Of a stretch of DNA of 64,000 bases, positions 26,059 through 37,681 are shown piece by piece. The DNA is taken from contig OZ024744.1 in the NCBI GenBank assembly GCA_964016885.1, forward strand, positions 95,480,001-95,544,000. Reading direction: 5' to 3'. This DNA comes from Eledone cirrhosa. Its lineage: Eukaryota. How positions within the stretch are numbered: position 1 is the stretch's first letter; the number at the start of each line of letters is the position of its first letter. The translations under genes were made by a program, and so were the position numbers. Under the pieces are notes generated by a model. It searched no databases, was not told the origin of the DNA, and saw nothing but the letters and a program-made list of their open reading frames with translations.

Positions 26059-26929
26059 TGTAATAAGCAAATTAATCAACATTGGCTTGTGAATGTATAT
26101 GTCTGTCTCTCTCTGTGTGTGTGTATGTGTATCTGTGTATGTGTATCTGTGTGTGTGTAGGCATCGAATTGGCAGAGTCGTTAGAATGTCAGATGGAATG
26201 CTTTGATATTCTTTCCAGCTCTCTTCTGTCTGAGTTCAAATCCCTCAGAGGTCAACTTTGCCTTTTATCCTTTCAATGTCAATAAAAAAAGTACCAGTCT
26301 GGTACTGGGGTCGATTCTTCCTCTATATCTCTTTCTCATTTCCTCTCTCTATCTTTCTCTGGAAGAAATCTGCTGTACTCAGGCCTGGAGAGGGATGGGC
26401 TCCACTAGGTTTAAAAATTCCCAAGAAATGTATGTCAATATGACTATCAGGGGTTATGGGACCATACATACATGTATGTATGTATGTGTGTGGTGTTAGG
26501 AAGGGCATCCAGCTGAGAAACCAAGCCAAAATCAGTTCTGTATGAGCGAGACATGGTCACCTGACCTGCTATTGCCTACAACAGGACACCTCTTCTAACC
26601 CATGCTACTATGGAAGAGTGTCGTAAAACGGTGATGATGATTATATATTTATATGCATATATATTGGTGAGAGTAACTAGTTTAGATTAGTAAAACCATG
26701 TTCAGCTAAGTACTCGATACTTGGGGGAGTAATGTATATATGTGTGTGTGTGCGTGTATATATATATGTGTGTATGTATGTATGCATGCATGTATGTTTT
26801 TGGTCTAAGATTCTTGATGTGAAATTGTGTGTTGAAACCGATGTTATACTTGAGGATGGACATGTTGCTGTATTGCAAATAAAAAGAAACACATGAACCA
26901 TATGATTTTAACTTTATTGCTCGTTATTC

Positions 26930-27620
26930 ATTTATTCATCAAAGTTCTTTCATCACATTCTGTGACCTCCTCAATGACTACGTTCTGTTTTGCACCTCCT
27001 TCTTTCAGGTCTTAAACTTGATTTTTATTCTGTGGTGCATTTTTCGTGATTCATGTCTGAATGCTTTGAGTGTGTGGGTTTGTGTCTTTTGCTGTTTGTG
27101 TTAAACACACATTCATTCTGTCTTCAGTCATTAAGTTGTGGGCTGTTACTATTCCACTTATGTTTTTTTTTCGGGCTAGGGTTATCTTCTATTATGTGTG
27201 TGGCCTCTGTAATTTGTCCTGAGTATTGCATCAGTTCTATGTGTGGATAGGATCTTTATTTCTATGTTATCTATTGAGTCCCTCGTGTTCCAGTTTGGCA
27301 TGTTGGTATATCACTGAGGTTTTCTCCTTAGGTTCTCGCCAGTGTTCCTTTAATCTCTCTCTCTCCTATGCTACGGGCTGTCTTTCCTATGTCTGTTATC
27401 TTGTTTCTGCACCATCCCTCTGTACATCTTATCTTATAGACTACATTTCTAGTTTATCTTACAGACTATATAGTTTTTATCAGAACAGGGTTTTTCCTAA
27501 AGGGTTATGTCCTACTGATCTTGGATTTTATGAGAGCTCCTGGTTTGCTTGTGCTAGATTTAACATACTCCTCTGTGGTGTATATAGGGGTGAGAGCATG
27601 TGTTCTGTTTATTGGTAGAA
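26930..27620 (-). mobile_element. Penelope-like element 3' fragment (GIY-YIG endonuclease pseudogene plus terminal repeat)
   Basis: Frameshifted minus-strand peptide NVVYKIRCTEGWCRNKITDIGKTARSIGER-LKEHW...SVIYQHAKLEH...IEIKILST...ITEATHI...NP. A degraded hammerhead-like core lies downstream at ~26937-26980. Confidence 0.8.
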
Positions 27621-27884
27621 TATACAAAGATTTCTGTGACAGTGATCTAGTTTGGTTTAAGAATATATATAAAGCCTCACGCTTCCACATACACACACAG
27701 GTACGAAAGCACATACATGCACAGGTATCATCATCGTTTAACGTCCATCTTCCACGCTAGCATGGGTTAGATGGTTCTGTTCCATTCGATGTGGGAGTGG
27801 TCAGGAGACCGTGTCTCTGGCAGGTTTTTTACAGCTGAATTCCCTTCCTAACACCAATCACATTTAGAGTAAAATATACAGATA

Positions 27885-28263
27885 TCATCATCATTTTACG
27901 CCCGATCTTCCCTGCTAGCAAGGGTGGGACGGGAACTGATTCTGGCTTGATTTCTACAGCTAGATGCCCTTCCTAACACCAACCTCATTTACAGTGAGTG
28001 CTTGGTGCTTTTTGCTGTGGCGCCTACACGTCCACTTTACAGTGAGTACTTGGTGCTTTTTGCCGTGGCACCTCCACGTCCATTTTACAGTGTGGGCTGG
28101 GTGCTTTTTTGCCGTGGCACCTCCACAACCACTTTGCAGTGTAATGATAGGGACCCCAGTCCCTATCATCTCATTTCTATAGCTGAGTAAACTGGAACAG
28201 TGTGAAATAAAGTGTCTTGCTCAAGGAAACAACACATCACCCAGTCTGAGAATTGAACTCACA
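27885..28263 (-). mobile_element. SINE family B with extra internal tail modules
   Basis: Reverse complement of family B, with three ~42-bp aaaaagcacc...cactgtaaa modules instead of one. Confidence 0.88.
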
Positions 28264-28855
28264 GATATGTGTATATTATAATCGAACATGTATACATGCA
28301 ATGGTTATGTGCTGTCATATCTAAGCATGGAAGTGCCAAGTTGCATAGCAGTTTGTTACACAGAAATTTGGGAGTATCGGCAGACTATGCATCATGCATG
28401 TGTATGGGGTAGATGCAATATTCCTAGGTGTCAGCAGAGGTAGATATTTCCCACTGAGTGAGTGGATTAGTGTTTAGTGACTAATGAATTTAGTTTCATG
28501 TTTGAAAGAGAAGAAAAGTTCAACATATCGGATGTTAGTGCTTCATCGGGAGGTTTAGGTCCTTTATGATTTGAAAGCATATATGTATATATCTGTGTTT
28601 GCCTCTCTTATATTAGATTATATATATACACACACACACACACTTGTATATGATATCTCATGCTCTCAAATGTGTCTTGATTTTTGATAAAATGTTCATA
28701 TGCAAAAGATTTCCATTCTATTAAATCCAAGAATAACTTAAAGCACAAAGGAAGATGTATAAAAGTTCCCCTCCCTTTTCATTCACTTCTGCTAGTATCC
28801 ATTTCTCTTTTTGTTCCTATTTGGTAAAATAATTTCTAGAGACATCAATAGCGAA

Positions 28856-29040
28856 TTAACTCTTAATCTACCTACTGTACCACATGAAACCACATTATCA
28901 AGACATTCTTGAAAAGTACGAAACAGTACTATGACTGTATCACACTCTCTTAACCTCCTGTACTGCATCAAACCACATTAGCAAGACGTACTGGAAAAGT
29001 ACATAACAGCACTATCACTGTATCACATAAAACATTAAAG
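28856..29040 (-). repeat. Tandem duplication (~84 bp x2) of the 3' end of MITE family F
   Basis: Two copies of ctcttaa.c..ctgtac..cat.aaaccacatta.caagac.t.ct.gaaaagtac..aacag.actat.actgtatcaca, bounded by TTAA. Confidence 0.75.
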
Positions 29041-29855
29041 TTAATTTAAAAAATTCATAGAAATAATTTGAAAACTCAAATGCAAGGAATAGCTGTTAAA
29101 ACAGCCAAATGGCATCAATGACAACAGCATATAAAAATATCTTTGACAGTGGTTGGTAAAGAGAAAAGTAAAGGCAACAATGGTTATTTATTAAAGTCTA
29201 AATTTTACTGCAGCAGGTGAATTGGAAGTGTCATTATTCGTTTCAGCTCTCTGCTTTCAAATCCCACCGAGGTTGACTCTGCCTTTCTTCCATTATAGTG
29301 GCAGTGGATTGGCAGTATCGGTAGAGGGTCGGACGCCATGCTTTGCAGCATAGTTGTGGCCCTTGCCACTCTGAGTTAAAATCCCGCTGAGATTAACTTT
29401 GCCTATCATTCTTACGGGGTCAATAAAATAAAGTACCAGTAATACACTGTGATAATTGCTGGCCTTGTGCCAAAAGTAGAAACAATTATAGATATAGTAC
29501 CAGTCCAGTACTTGGGTCCAGTCTTCCTCTCTATCTCTTACTCACTTTCATTCTCTCACTCTCTATCTTTTGCAAGAAATCTGCTATATTCAGACCTGGA
29601 GAGATGGGTACTGCCCTAGAGTGGTTGTATGTCAATACGGCACCCCAAAGCCTCCCTCAGGAGTTGCAGGATCATGAATGCATACTTTACTGCAAATTTT
29701 TGCTCAGATCTGTGCTTTAATAACTACTATAAACATTTCAATTAATCCTCTTCACTAAAACTTGTTTAAAATATTGAAAAATCTTGATGTTGCTGCACGC
29801 TAAAAGTTTGTTCATCTTTAGTAATGACATTTTTTTTTTTTTTTGTTATTTACAG

Positions 29856-29966
29856 GGACCTAAGCACAGTAAACCTCAAAGTAAACGGCTAAATCCCATC
29901 CAGGATTTAGTCGATCTTGGGGAAGGTTATGATGAAACTGATCCCTTTGTGGATAATTCTGAAGCA
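29856..29966 (+). CDS. UBN1: Ubinuclein coding exon 3 (start of HUN/Hpc2-related domain)
   Basis: tacAG|GPKHSKPQSKRLNPIQDLVDLGEGYDETDPFVDNSEA|GTGAGT. 111 nt. Contains the GxGYDExDxFxDNSE HRD signature. Confidence 0.96.
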
Positions 29967-30249
29967 GTGAGTATATTTTTCTGAATAAATAAGCTCATTT
30001 AATAACATACACAAACTTTTTTTTTAAGATTCACTAAGACTGTTGATCTCGTTAGGTTGAGTTTAATAATTATATAACATATATAGCACAAGGAAATGAT
30101 TTTTTATCACTAGCATTATCTGCTTTCTCGTAGAGAATTTTTATACAAGTTCACACATAGTAAAAAAAAAAAAATAATAAGGATAGATAGATAGATATAA
30201 TAGAAAGTAAATATCTTAATAAGCCACAGAGCCTAATAAAAGTCGGTGT

Positions 30250-30745
30250 TTCTTTTTTTTCTTTTCTCCTCCACTCATTCCTGGGGAAGGGGGGTCATGA
30301 GGCAGAGTTCTTAGACATGCTCTACTGTGGGTCCTGTCAGAAGCAATCATCTCTAATTGATCTGGCTGGATCCCCAAGCGAAACCAAACAAGCTCATAGA
30401 TGTTATCCAACTATCTTCCCCAAGGTCTACTCCTGGGTCTCCTGCTTGCTGGTTTTGCCTGTAAAATCTGCTCCGCAATTTTCTCCTGAGACACACTGAC
30501 TACATCTGTAATAACGGACTATGATCTCTCGATTCGGAGTAGTGGCTTTACCTGGAATGACTTTAATCTCCAAACTAACGCACTTTTTTGAGTAATGTTA
30601 CTTCAAAAACCCTTTGGAAGAAACCCATCTTGGTTGCTTGTATTCACGATCATATTCTTTTGGTCATTACCCAAGATATGTGACCAAGTAAGGGTTGGCA
30701 TAAATACCAAATTAAAGTGAGCAAGTTTAGCTTTTACACCTACCT
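30250..30745 (-). mobile_element. Rex3/Expander-like RTE LINE 3' fragment (family E)
   Basis: DNIYELVWFRLGIQPDQLEMIASDRTHSRACLRTLPHDP C-terminus. Other copies at 36160-36745 (+), 57070-57215 (-) and 62810-63170 (-). Confidence 0.7.
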
Positions 30746-31041
30746 CTTTTTTTCTGATGACTGAATGCGGTGTGTTTATCATTCAGCAGCATTAATATTT
30801 TCCTCTCTAGTGTTGGCGACATGATGCATTCTGTAATAGAACAATGGCCAAACAAAGAGTAGGGAGAACTTCAGATGTGTCAAAAACACCACAACCTCTC
30901 TATGAAAGCATAGTCATCATAAAGTAGATGATTCTGTAGTCTTGTGTAGAACAAGTTAACTCTTCTAGTGCTTGCGCCACATTAAAATGCACGCAGTACC
31001 CTTTTTGGAGTGGTTGACAAATGGAAAAAGTCAATGCAGTG

Positions 31042-31330
31042 TGAAGGTGTGTTGCCTTGTGGTTAGGGTGTTGGACTTATGATCATAATGTTGTGGGTTT
31101 GATTCTTGGACAGGGTTTCGTATTGTATACTTGAGGAAAAAGCACTTCATTTCATGTTGCTCCATCATACTCTGGTGAAAATGTGTACCGGCTGTAAGTG
31201 GGGGTTTAACCTGTAATGGACTGGTGTCGTGTCCAGAGAGAACTCTTGTACTCTGTCACTTAACACTGAGGAAACTGGGATAAGCATTAACCTGATGGGA
31301 CTCCAGGCTTGAGACAAACTTTAGACTCTT
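31042..31330 (+). mobile_element. tRNA-head SINE with a different 3' half (also ~46165-46395 and 61690-61895)
   Basis: Degenerate A/B boxes, body shared with family B, then aacc.tgt.atggactgg..tc.tgtccag...gaaactgggataagc. Confidence 0.7.
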
Positions 31331-31592
31331 TTAGAGTGTAGATAGGACATCACAACCTCTGAAGTGTTGATGCAACAGCTATAAATTGTGAAAAAAATAA
31401 TTACAATATTTTTTTCTTTTAAATTTCATCAGCAGAATCACAACCTAAAGCTTTGAGAATATATCTCTGTAAATTTTAATTTTAAAAATGCATGTAGTTT
31501 TTATTGATAATGTTTTATTTTTAGAGGGATTATTGGTATTTCGGCTTTCACTATTGATCTATGTTTAGGAAAGAAATGCCCCTAAATACATA

Positions 31593-31762
31593 TACCGTAT
31601 ACACTCAAATATAAGTCAACCCTACTATTTTATGCCTGAGTAATGGGCAAAAATCCAAACCTTCTTTATAAAGAATTTGAAGTTGGTGAAAATACCATCG
31701 ATTTTTTTTTGGGGGGGGGGGGGGGGGCATATTCCTTGGTTTATATTTGAGTATATGCAATC
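31593..31762. mobile_element. Degraded pogo/Tc2-type MITE
   Basis: taccgtatacactcaaatataag ... tttatatttgagtatatgcaa imperfect TIRs. Confidence 0.55.
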
Positions 31763-31764
31763 AT

Positions 31765-32050
31765 CATTTCATTTTACATCTGAGGTTCTGGCTTGATTTC
31801 TACAGCTGGGTGCTTTTTTTCCGTGGCGCCTACACGTCCACTTTACAGTGTGGGCTGGATGCTCTTTTGCCGTAGCACCTCCACGACCACTTTGTGGAAT
31901 GATAGGGACCCCAGTCCCTATCATCTCATTTCTACAGCTGAATAAACTGGAGCAATGTGAAATAAAGTGTCTTGCTCAAGGAAACAACACATCACCCAGT
32001 CTGAGAATTGAACTCACAACCTTTTGATTGCAAGGCCAATGCTCTAAACT
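31765..32050 (-). mobile_element. SINE family B, ~110 nt upstream of exon 4
   Basis: Reverse complement of family B including the B-box and the hairpin. Confidence 0.88.
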
Positions 32051-32156
32051 TGCAATGCAATATTTTAATTAATGCAATAGCAAATTTTTTAGTGGTGATG
32101 AGCGAGGGTCCACCATGTTTCTGATTTTTTTTTTTTTTTTTTTTTTCTTTTTTTAG

Positions 32157-32300
32157 TATGATGAGTTGGTGCCTGCCTGCCTCACTACTAAACTCGGTGG
32201 ATTCTACATCAACTCAGGTGTTCTTGATTTTAGAGATGTATCCGATGAATCTAGTGAAGAGTATACAAGTTCTCCGTTGAAAAGGAGGAAAAAAGCAAAG
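32157..32300 (+). CDS. UBN1: Ubinuclein coding exon 4 (HUN/HRD domain, NLS-like basic stretch)
   Basis: polyT-AG|[48 protein letters not shown]|GTAATT. 144 nt. Contains the GGFYINSG signature. Confidence 0.96.
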
Positions 32301-35104
32301 GTAATTTGTTTAGCTGTATTATTTGATTTTATTAGATATCGTTTCTATAGTTTCACCTGGATAATACATTACCATTTATTTAAATCAATTACAATAATTT
32401 TCTTTTTTTTATCATTATCAAACATAATACAGATGACCCGCCCTTCTATATGCATGAGCTGAGGCATACAACCATTATGCACCACCTTCCCTTGTAATCA
32501 TCCCACTTCTATACCTCCCTAATTCCCCATGCATCTTTCCCACCCCAACCTACACCATAAAGTGGTCATCCTGGAGCCACGACAAAAAGCACACGGCCCA
32601 CACTATCAATGTAGTTGGTATTAGGAAGGACATCCAACTGTAGAGACCAAGCCAAAATCTGTTCTGTGTGAGCAAAACACAGTCCTCCGACCTGGATCTC
32701 TCACAATGGGACAGCCTGTCCTACCCATGCTAGAGTGGAAAATGGACATTAAACGATGATGATGATATCATCATCATCATCGTTTAACATCCTCTTTACC
32801 TGCTAGCATTGGTTGGACCAGTCTACATAGACCAAATCAGTACTGAAGCAGGGCTACTGACCTCCCAAACAGGCTGAGGGGTCTGTATTCTGCTTATGTA
32901 TGGTAATATCAAGTATAAAGAAGTTGTCTGTTGACATAAACTGAAGCGTCCTCCTGACACCTTGTTTGACAAGCTTTCTATGGAGGCTGTCATATCCTTA
33001 ACACAATGAAAGGGTCCTCCATCCCATTGCTTGGCAAGTTATATATTCATTAAGTTACAATGACTTTGTTCTACTCGTCTGTCTATCTTTGGACTACTAT
33101 TAAGATTTGTGCTTTGCTAGTATTGTTGTCTAAAAATAGATACATTGGTAAAATATACATAAATAATTAACTTTAGATAGATAGTTAATCAGACAGACAA
33201 ATAGAGAGATAGGTAGGTTGATAGATAAATAAATAATGATGTAGCTGTAATAAATATGACAGGTATGTAGATAGATACGCAGATAGAGAAATAGACAGAG
33301 AGAGACAAAGAAAAACAGACAGATGGGTAGGTATTATAGATAGATTAAGTAAATATTAAATATATGCTTTTTTGTTATCATGCAAAGATAGCAGTTGATT
33401 GATTCCTGAACTGTTTATCATAACAAGAGATGTAGGGTGGAACATATAAAATTACTATTTCCAATCAAATCTAGCACAAAGTAGTGTTACATGATATCTT
33501 TCATTATCATTGTTATTTTGATGCGCCCCTCCCCCCTAACTTTCATCACCATTGTCGTTTTAATGTCCGGTTTCCATGCTAGTAAGTGTTGAAAAGTCCA
33601 TACTAAAGCAGAGCCACTGATCTCCAAAGCAAGCCAGAGATCTGTGTCTTGCTTATGTATAGTCTCACATCCCATTGAGTCTTCAGAAGATGTCATGTGT
33701 TTGACACAGAGAATCCTCCCAACCCTTTGTTTGGCAAGATTTCTATGACTGGATGCCCTGATATATAGGCATGGCTGTATGGTTAAGAAATTAACCTTGT
33801 AAACTCATGGTTTGGGATTTGGTCAAAGTTCTACTACAGGCTTTGGTTGACTTGTACCATTATATGTATGAGTAATATATACGTACATTCTTCTTTAGTT
33901 TCTTTTGACACGCATGGAGCATTGGGTGACTCGAGTTCTCCATTCTGCATGGCTGCAAGCTAGGAATTTACTTTGTGTTTCTGTAGCAATTTTGATGGAG
34001 ATTTAGACAGGAGTTTAACCTTAGCTAGTGTCCAGATACTACCAGCTGAGCCTGGGAGTCAAATCTCTTGACCCTATTTTTGAAGGAACATTAGATAACA
34101 CTATATCCTGTATTGAAGTAACATTTCTTGATAATGGGACAACCTAACACACATATTGTGAAAAGTTTGTGTATATGTCTTCTTCCTCCTCTCATTTCTG
34201 TGTAATAATCCCACTCACACACATTATATATCACCATCATCATTTAACGTCTATTTTTCCATGCTAGCCTGGGTTAGATGAGTTGTCATGTTATGGGACA
34301 ATTCAGGTCAGGTGGTGATATCTTGCTCATATGGATCTGTATTTTGTCTTGGTTTCTACGGCTGGATGCTCATCCTAATGCCAACCACATTTACAGTGAG
34401 TACTGGGTGCTTTTTGTCGTGACACATACATAACCACTTTACAGTGTGTACTGGGTGTTTTTCATGGTGTCACCTACACAACCACTTTAGAGTGTATGCT
34501 GGAGACTTAGGTGGGGGAGGTGCGGGGGACATGTCTGAGGGGGTGGTGTGTTAGGGCGTGGGAGGGGAAGGTGATGTATACTAGATGCTTTGTGTATGGC
34601 GGGTATGTTTGTTTTTACGTCTATATTGCTTAAAAATTACTGCTGTTTGTTTATGTCTGGTAATCTAGCAATTCAACTAATAGAGATTGATGAAATACGT
34701 ACCAGACTTATGAAAATTGACTAGTACCTTTGAAGGCAGTGTCCTAGCATATTTACTGTCTAATTGGATTATAGGATTGTTTGACTGGAGACCAATTATT
34801 GAAACTGAAACATGGGTGATTGGCAACAGGACTAGCAATGACTACAGAAACCATGCTTAAAAGGGTTAAGAGGACCCTTTAGTTGTATCAAAGACAAAAC
34901 AACCTCTCTAGTGTTGGTGATCAACATAATAAACGCACCCAATACAAGTGGTTGGTATTAGGAAAGGCAGTAGAAAACTATTGATGAAGCAATCACATGG
35001 TGAAATAACCATTTATTACCCTTCATATATTTCATGAGGTATCACTGATACAATTCCACTGCAGCTGTCTGTAATCTAGTTGCTGGTGAGTTTCTAGGCC
35101 AAAG

Positions 35105-37350
35105 GCTTGTGAATTGGTTAGAATTGGTAGAGCATTGAACAAATGCATAGTAGTATTTGTGATGGCTCTTTATGTTCTGAGTTCATATCCCGTTAAGATC
35201 AACGTTGCCTTTCATCTCTTCGGGGTTGATAAAATAAAGTTCAAGTTAAATACAGATTTGATGCAATTAACCCCTTCCCTTCACATCCCCAAAATTTCTG
35301 GCCTTGTGCTCAATTTAGAAATAATTGTTTCTGATTTAGATTCAAGACCAGCAATGGGGGGGGGGGGGGGGTCAATTAAATCGACCCCCAGTATGTTACA
35401 GGTATTTTATTTTATCAACCCCATAAGGATGAAAGGCAAAACTAACCTGGACAGTATTTGAACTCAGAATGTAAAGAGCCATAACTCTATGCCACAAAGC
35501 ATGTTGTCTGATGCACTACTGATACTGCCAATTCACCTAAATTAGAAATAATGGTTTCTGATTTGGGGGAGGGGTAGATTAATTAAATCAACTCCAATTA
35601 CTGGTACTTTAGTTTATCAACCCTGTAAGGATGAAAAGCAAAGCTAACCTCTAGTTTCTCCTCACCCCGAGTGGATAAATCTTTTGCCTTTTACCTAAAT
35701 TAAAAATAATTGTTTCTACTTTGGGCACAAGGCCAACAAATACCCAGTAGATTACTGGTACTTTATTTTATCGACCCCTTAAGGATGAAAGGCAAAGTTA
35801 ACCTCGACGGGATTTGAACTCAGACTGTAAAGGGACGTAACTCTATGCTGCAAAGCATGACGTCCAACCCTCTTCCGATACTGCCAATCCACTGCCCTAA
35901 ATTAGAAATAATAATAATGGTTTCTGGTTTAGGCACAAGGCCAACAATATTTTTTTTTGTGGTGGGAGGGAGGGGGGTTATGGTCGGCCTCAGTACGTTA
36001 CTGGTGCTATTTTTATCAACCACATAACGGTGAAAGGCAAAGGCAACCGCGACGGGATTTGAACCCATGACGTAAAGGGCCGAAACTCTATTTCGTGCAG
36101 CATGTTGTCCAACGCTGAACACTCTACGTAGGTAGAGTTGCTACTTTTCCAAATTGAGAGCCATGAGCCTGACTAGTCTTGCTTGGGTAATCCAGCCAGA
36201 GCAACTGGACACACAACCAACCGGCAGGAGACCTAGGGGTAGACCCCGAGCAAGATGGCTGGATTACATCCATGAGCTTGACTAGTCTTGCTTGGGGATC
36301 CAGCCAGAGCAACTGGACACACAACCAACAGGCAGGAGACCCAGGGGGTAGACCCTGAGCAAGATGGTTGGATTACATCCATGAGCTTGACTAGTCTTGC
36401 TTGGGTAATCCAGCCAGAGCAACTGGACACACAACCAACAGGCAGGAGACCCAGGGGGTAGACCCTGAGCAAGATGGTTGGATAACATCCAGGAGCTTGG
36501 CTGGTCTTGCTTGGGTAATCCAGCCAGAGCAACTGGACACACAACCAACCGGCAGGAGACCCAGGAGTAGACCCTGAGCAAGATGGCTGGATTACATCCA
36601 TGAGCTCGGTTGGTCTTTCTTGCTTGGGAATCCAGCCAGATCAGTTGGAGATAGTTGCTTCTGACAGGACTCACTGGAGGGAGTGTTTGACGACTCTCCT
36701 CCATGTCCCCATGTCCCTCTCGGGAATCAGTGGGTGAAGAAGAAGATTATTGTTAAATCAGTGAATTGGCAGTCATTAGTTTGTTGGACAAATGTTTAAC
36801 ATTATTTGTGACAGCTCTTTACATTGAGTTGAAAATCCGCTATGGTCAATTTTTTTTTCATCCTTTCAGGGTCGATAAAATAAACTACTAATCAAGTACC
36901 GGGGTTGTACCTTTCCCATTTCTTCTAAATTGCTAGACTTGTGCTAAATTAGAAATTATTATTATTATTATTATTAGAGCAGTGAGGCTGGTAGATTGGC
37001 AGTATCAGTAGAGTATCAGGCACCCTGATTTATGTTCCGAGTTCAAATCCCACAGAGGTTAGCTTTGCCTTTCATCCTTATGGGGTCAATAAAGTACCAG
37101 TAATACAGTGGGGTTGATTTAATCCTCTTTCCCCTCCCTCAAAAGTGTTGGCCTTGTGCCTAAAGCAGAAACCATTGTTATTAGGGTAGTGGATTAGCAG
37201 TCGTTAGAACATCTGACAAATGCATAACAAGTATTTGAACGGCTTTTTTACATTCTGAGTTCAAATCTAATGGGGGGTTAACTTTGCCTTTCATCCTTCT
37301 GCTAAGTACTAGGGGTAGGGTGGGATCACTATAATTGACACCCCCGCCCC
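35105..37350. mobile_element. Cluster of ~8 SINE C copies in mixed orientation
   Basis: Repeated gcctttcatc...gataaaataaag / ttttatc.accc..aaggatgaaaggcaaa cores at ~35.2 (+), 35.4 (-), 35.6 (-), 35.8 (-), 36.0 (-), 36.85 (+), 37.07 (+) and 37.29 kb (+). Confidence 0.85.
36161..36745 (+). repeat. 4 x 109-110-bp tandem repeat built from Rex3/Expander-like RTE coding sequence, followed by the native LINE end
   Basis: Units start at 36161, 36270, 36379, 36489 and 36598 and encode TQPTGRRPRGRPxARWLDYIHEL. The array ends ...DRTHWRECLTTL plus a GAAGAAGAA tail. Confidence 0.85.
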
Positions 37351-37554
37351 AGCCATAATATTATTTCTTCCTTGTTGAATCTATAATATAATTCTTTGAC
37401 TTGTCTCTTTTAGTCATTTCTAGATTCATTTCTTGTCAGTTTATAAACTTTGAATGAATTACTACCATTCAGCCATTTTTTTTTTTTTGTTTCCTTTTCT
37501 TCTCTTTCTTTTGTCACGATGGTTGGCTTTCATTGTGTTCATATTTGTTGTGTA

Positions 37555-37681
37555 CATATTGTTCACTGCATAACATTCAATACGTTGTTCACTACATAAC
37601 ATTCAATATATGTTGTTCACTGCATAACGCTCAATATATGTTGTTCACTGCATAACGCTCAATATATGTTGTTCACTACAT
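37555..37681. repeat. 28-bp minisatellite, left segment
   Basis: About 4.5 units of ttcactgcataacattcaatatatgttg. Confidence 0.95.

Noticed and set aside
34510-34572. G-rich tract and poly-G/C runs (also 10619, 31711, 35357) as functional G-quadruplexes
   Set aside because: They lie in or beside decayed repeats with no evidence of function.
36124-36704. Repetitive minus-strand ORFs (MDVIQPSCSGSTP...) as a repeat protein
   Set aside because: They are antisense to a tandemly amplified LINE fragment and have no splice or gene context.
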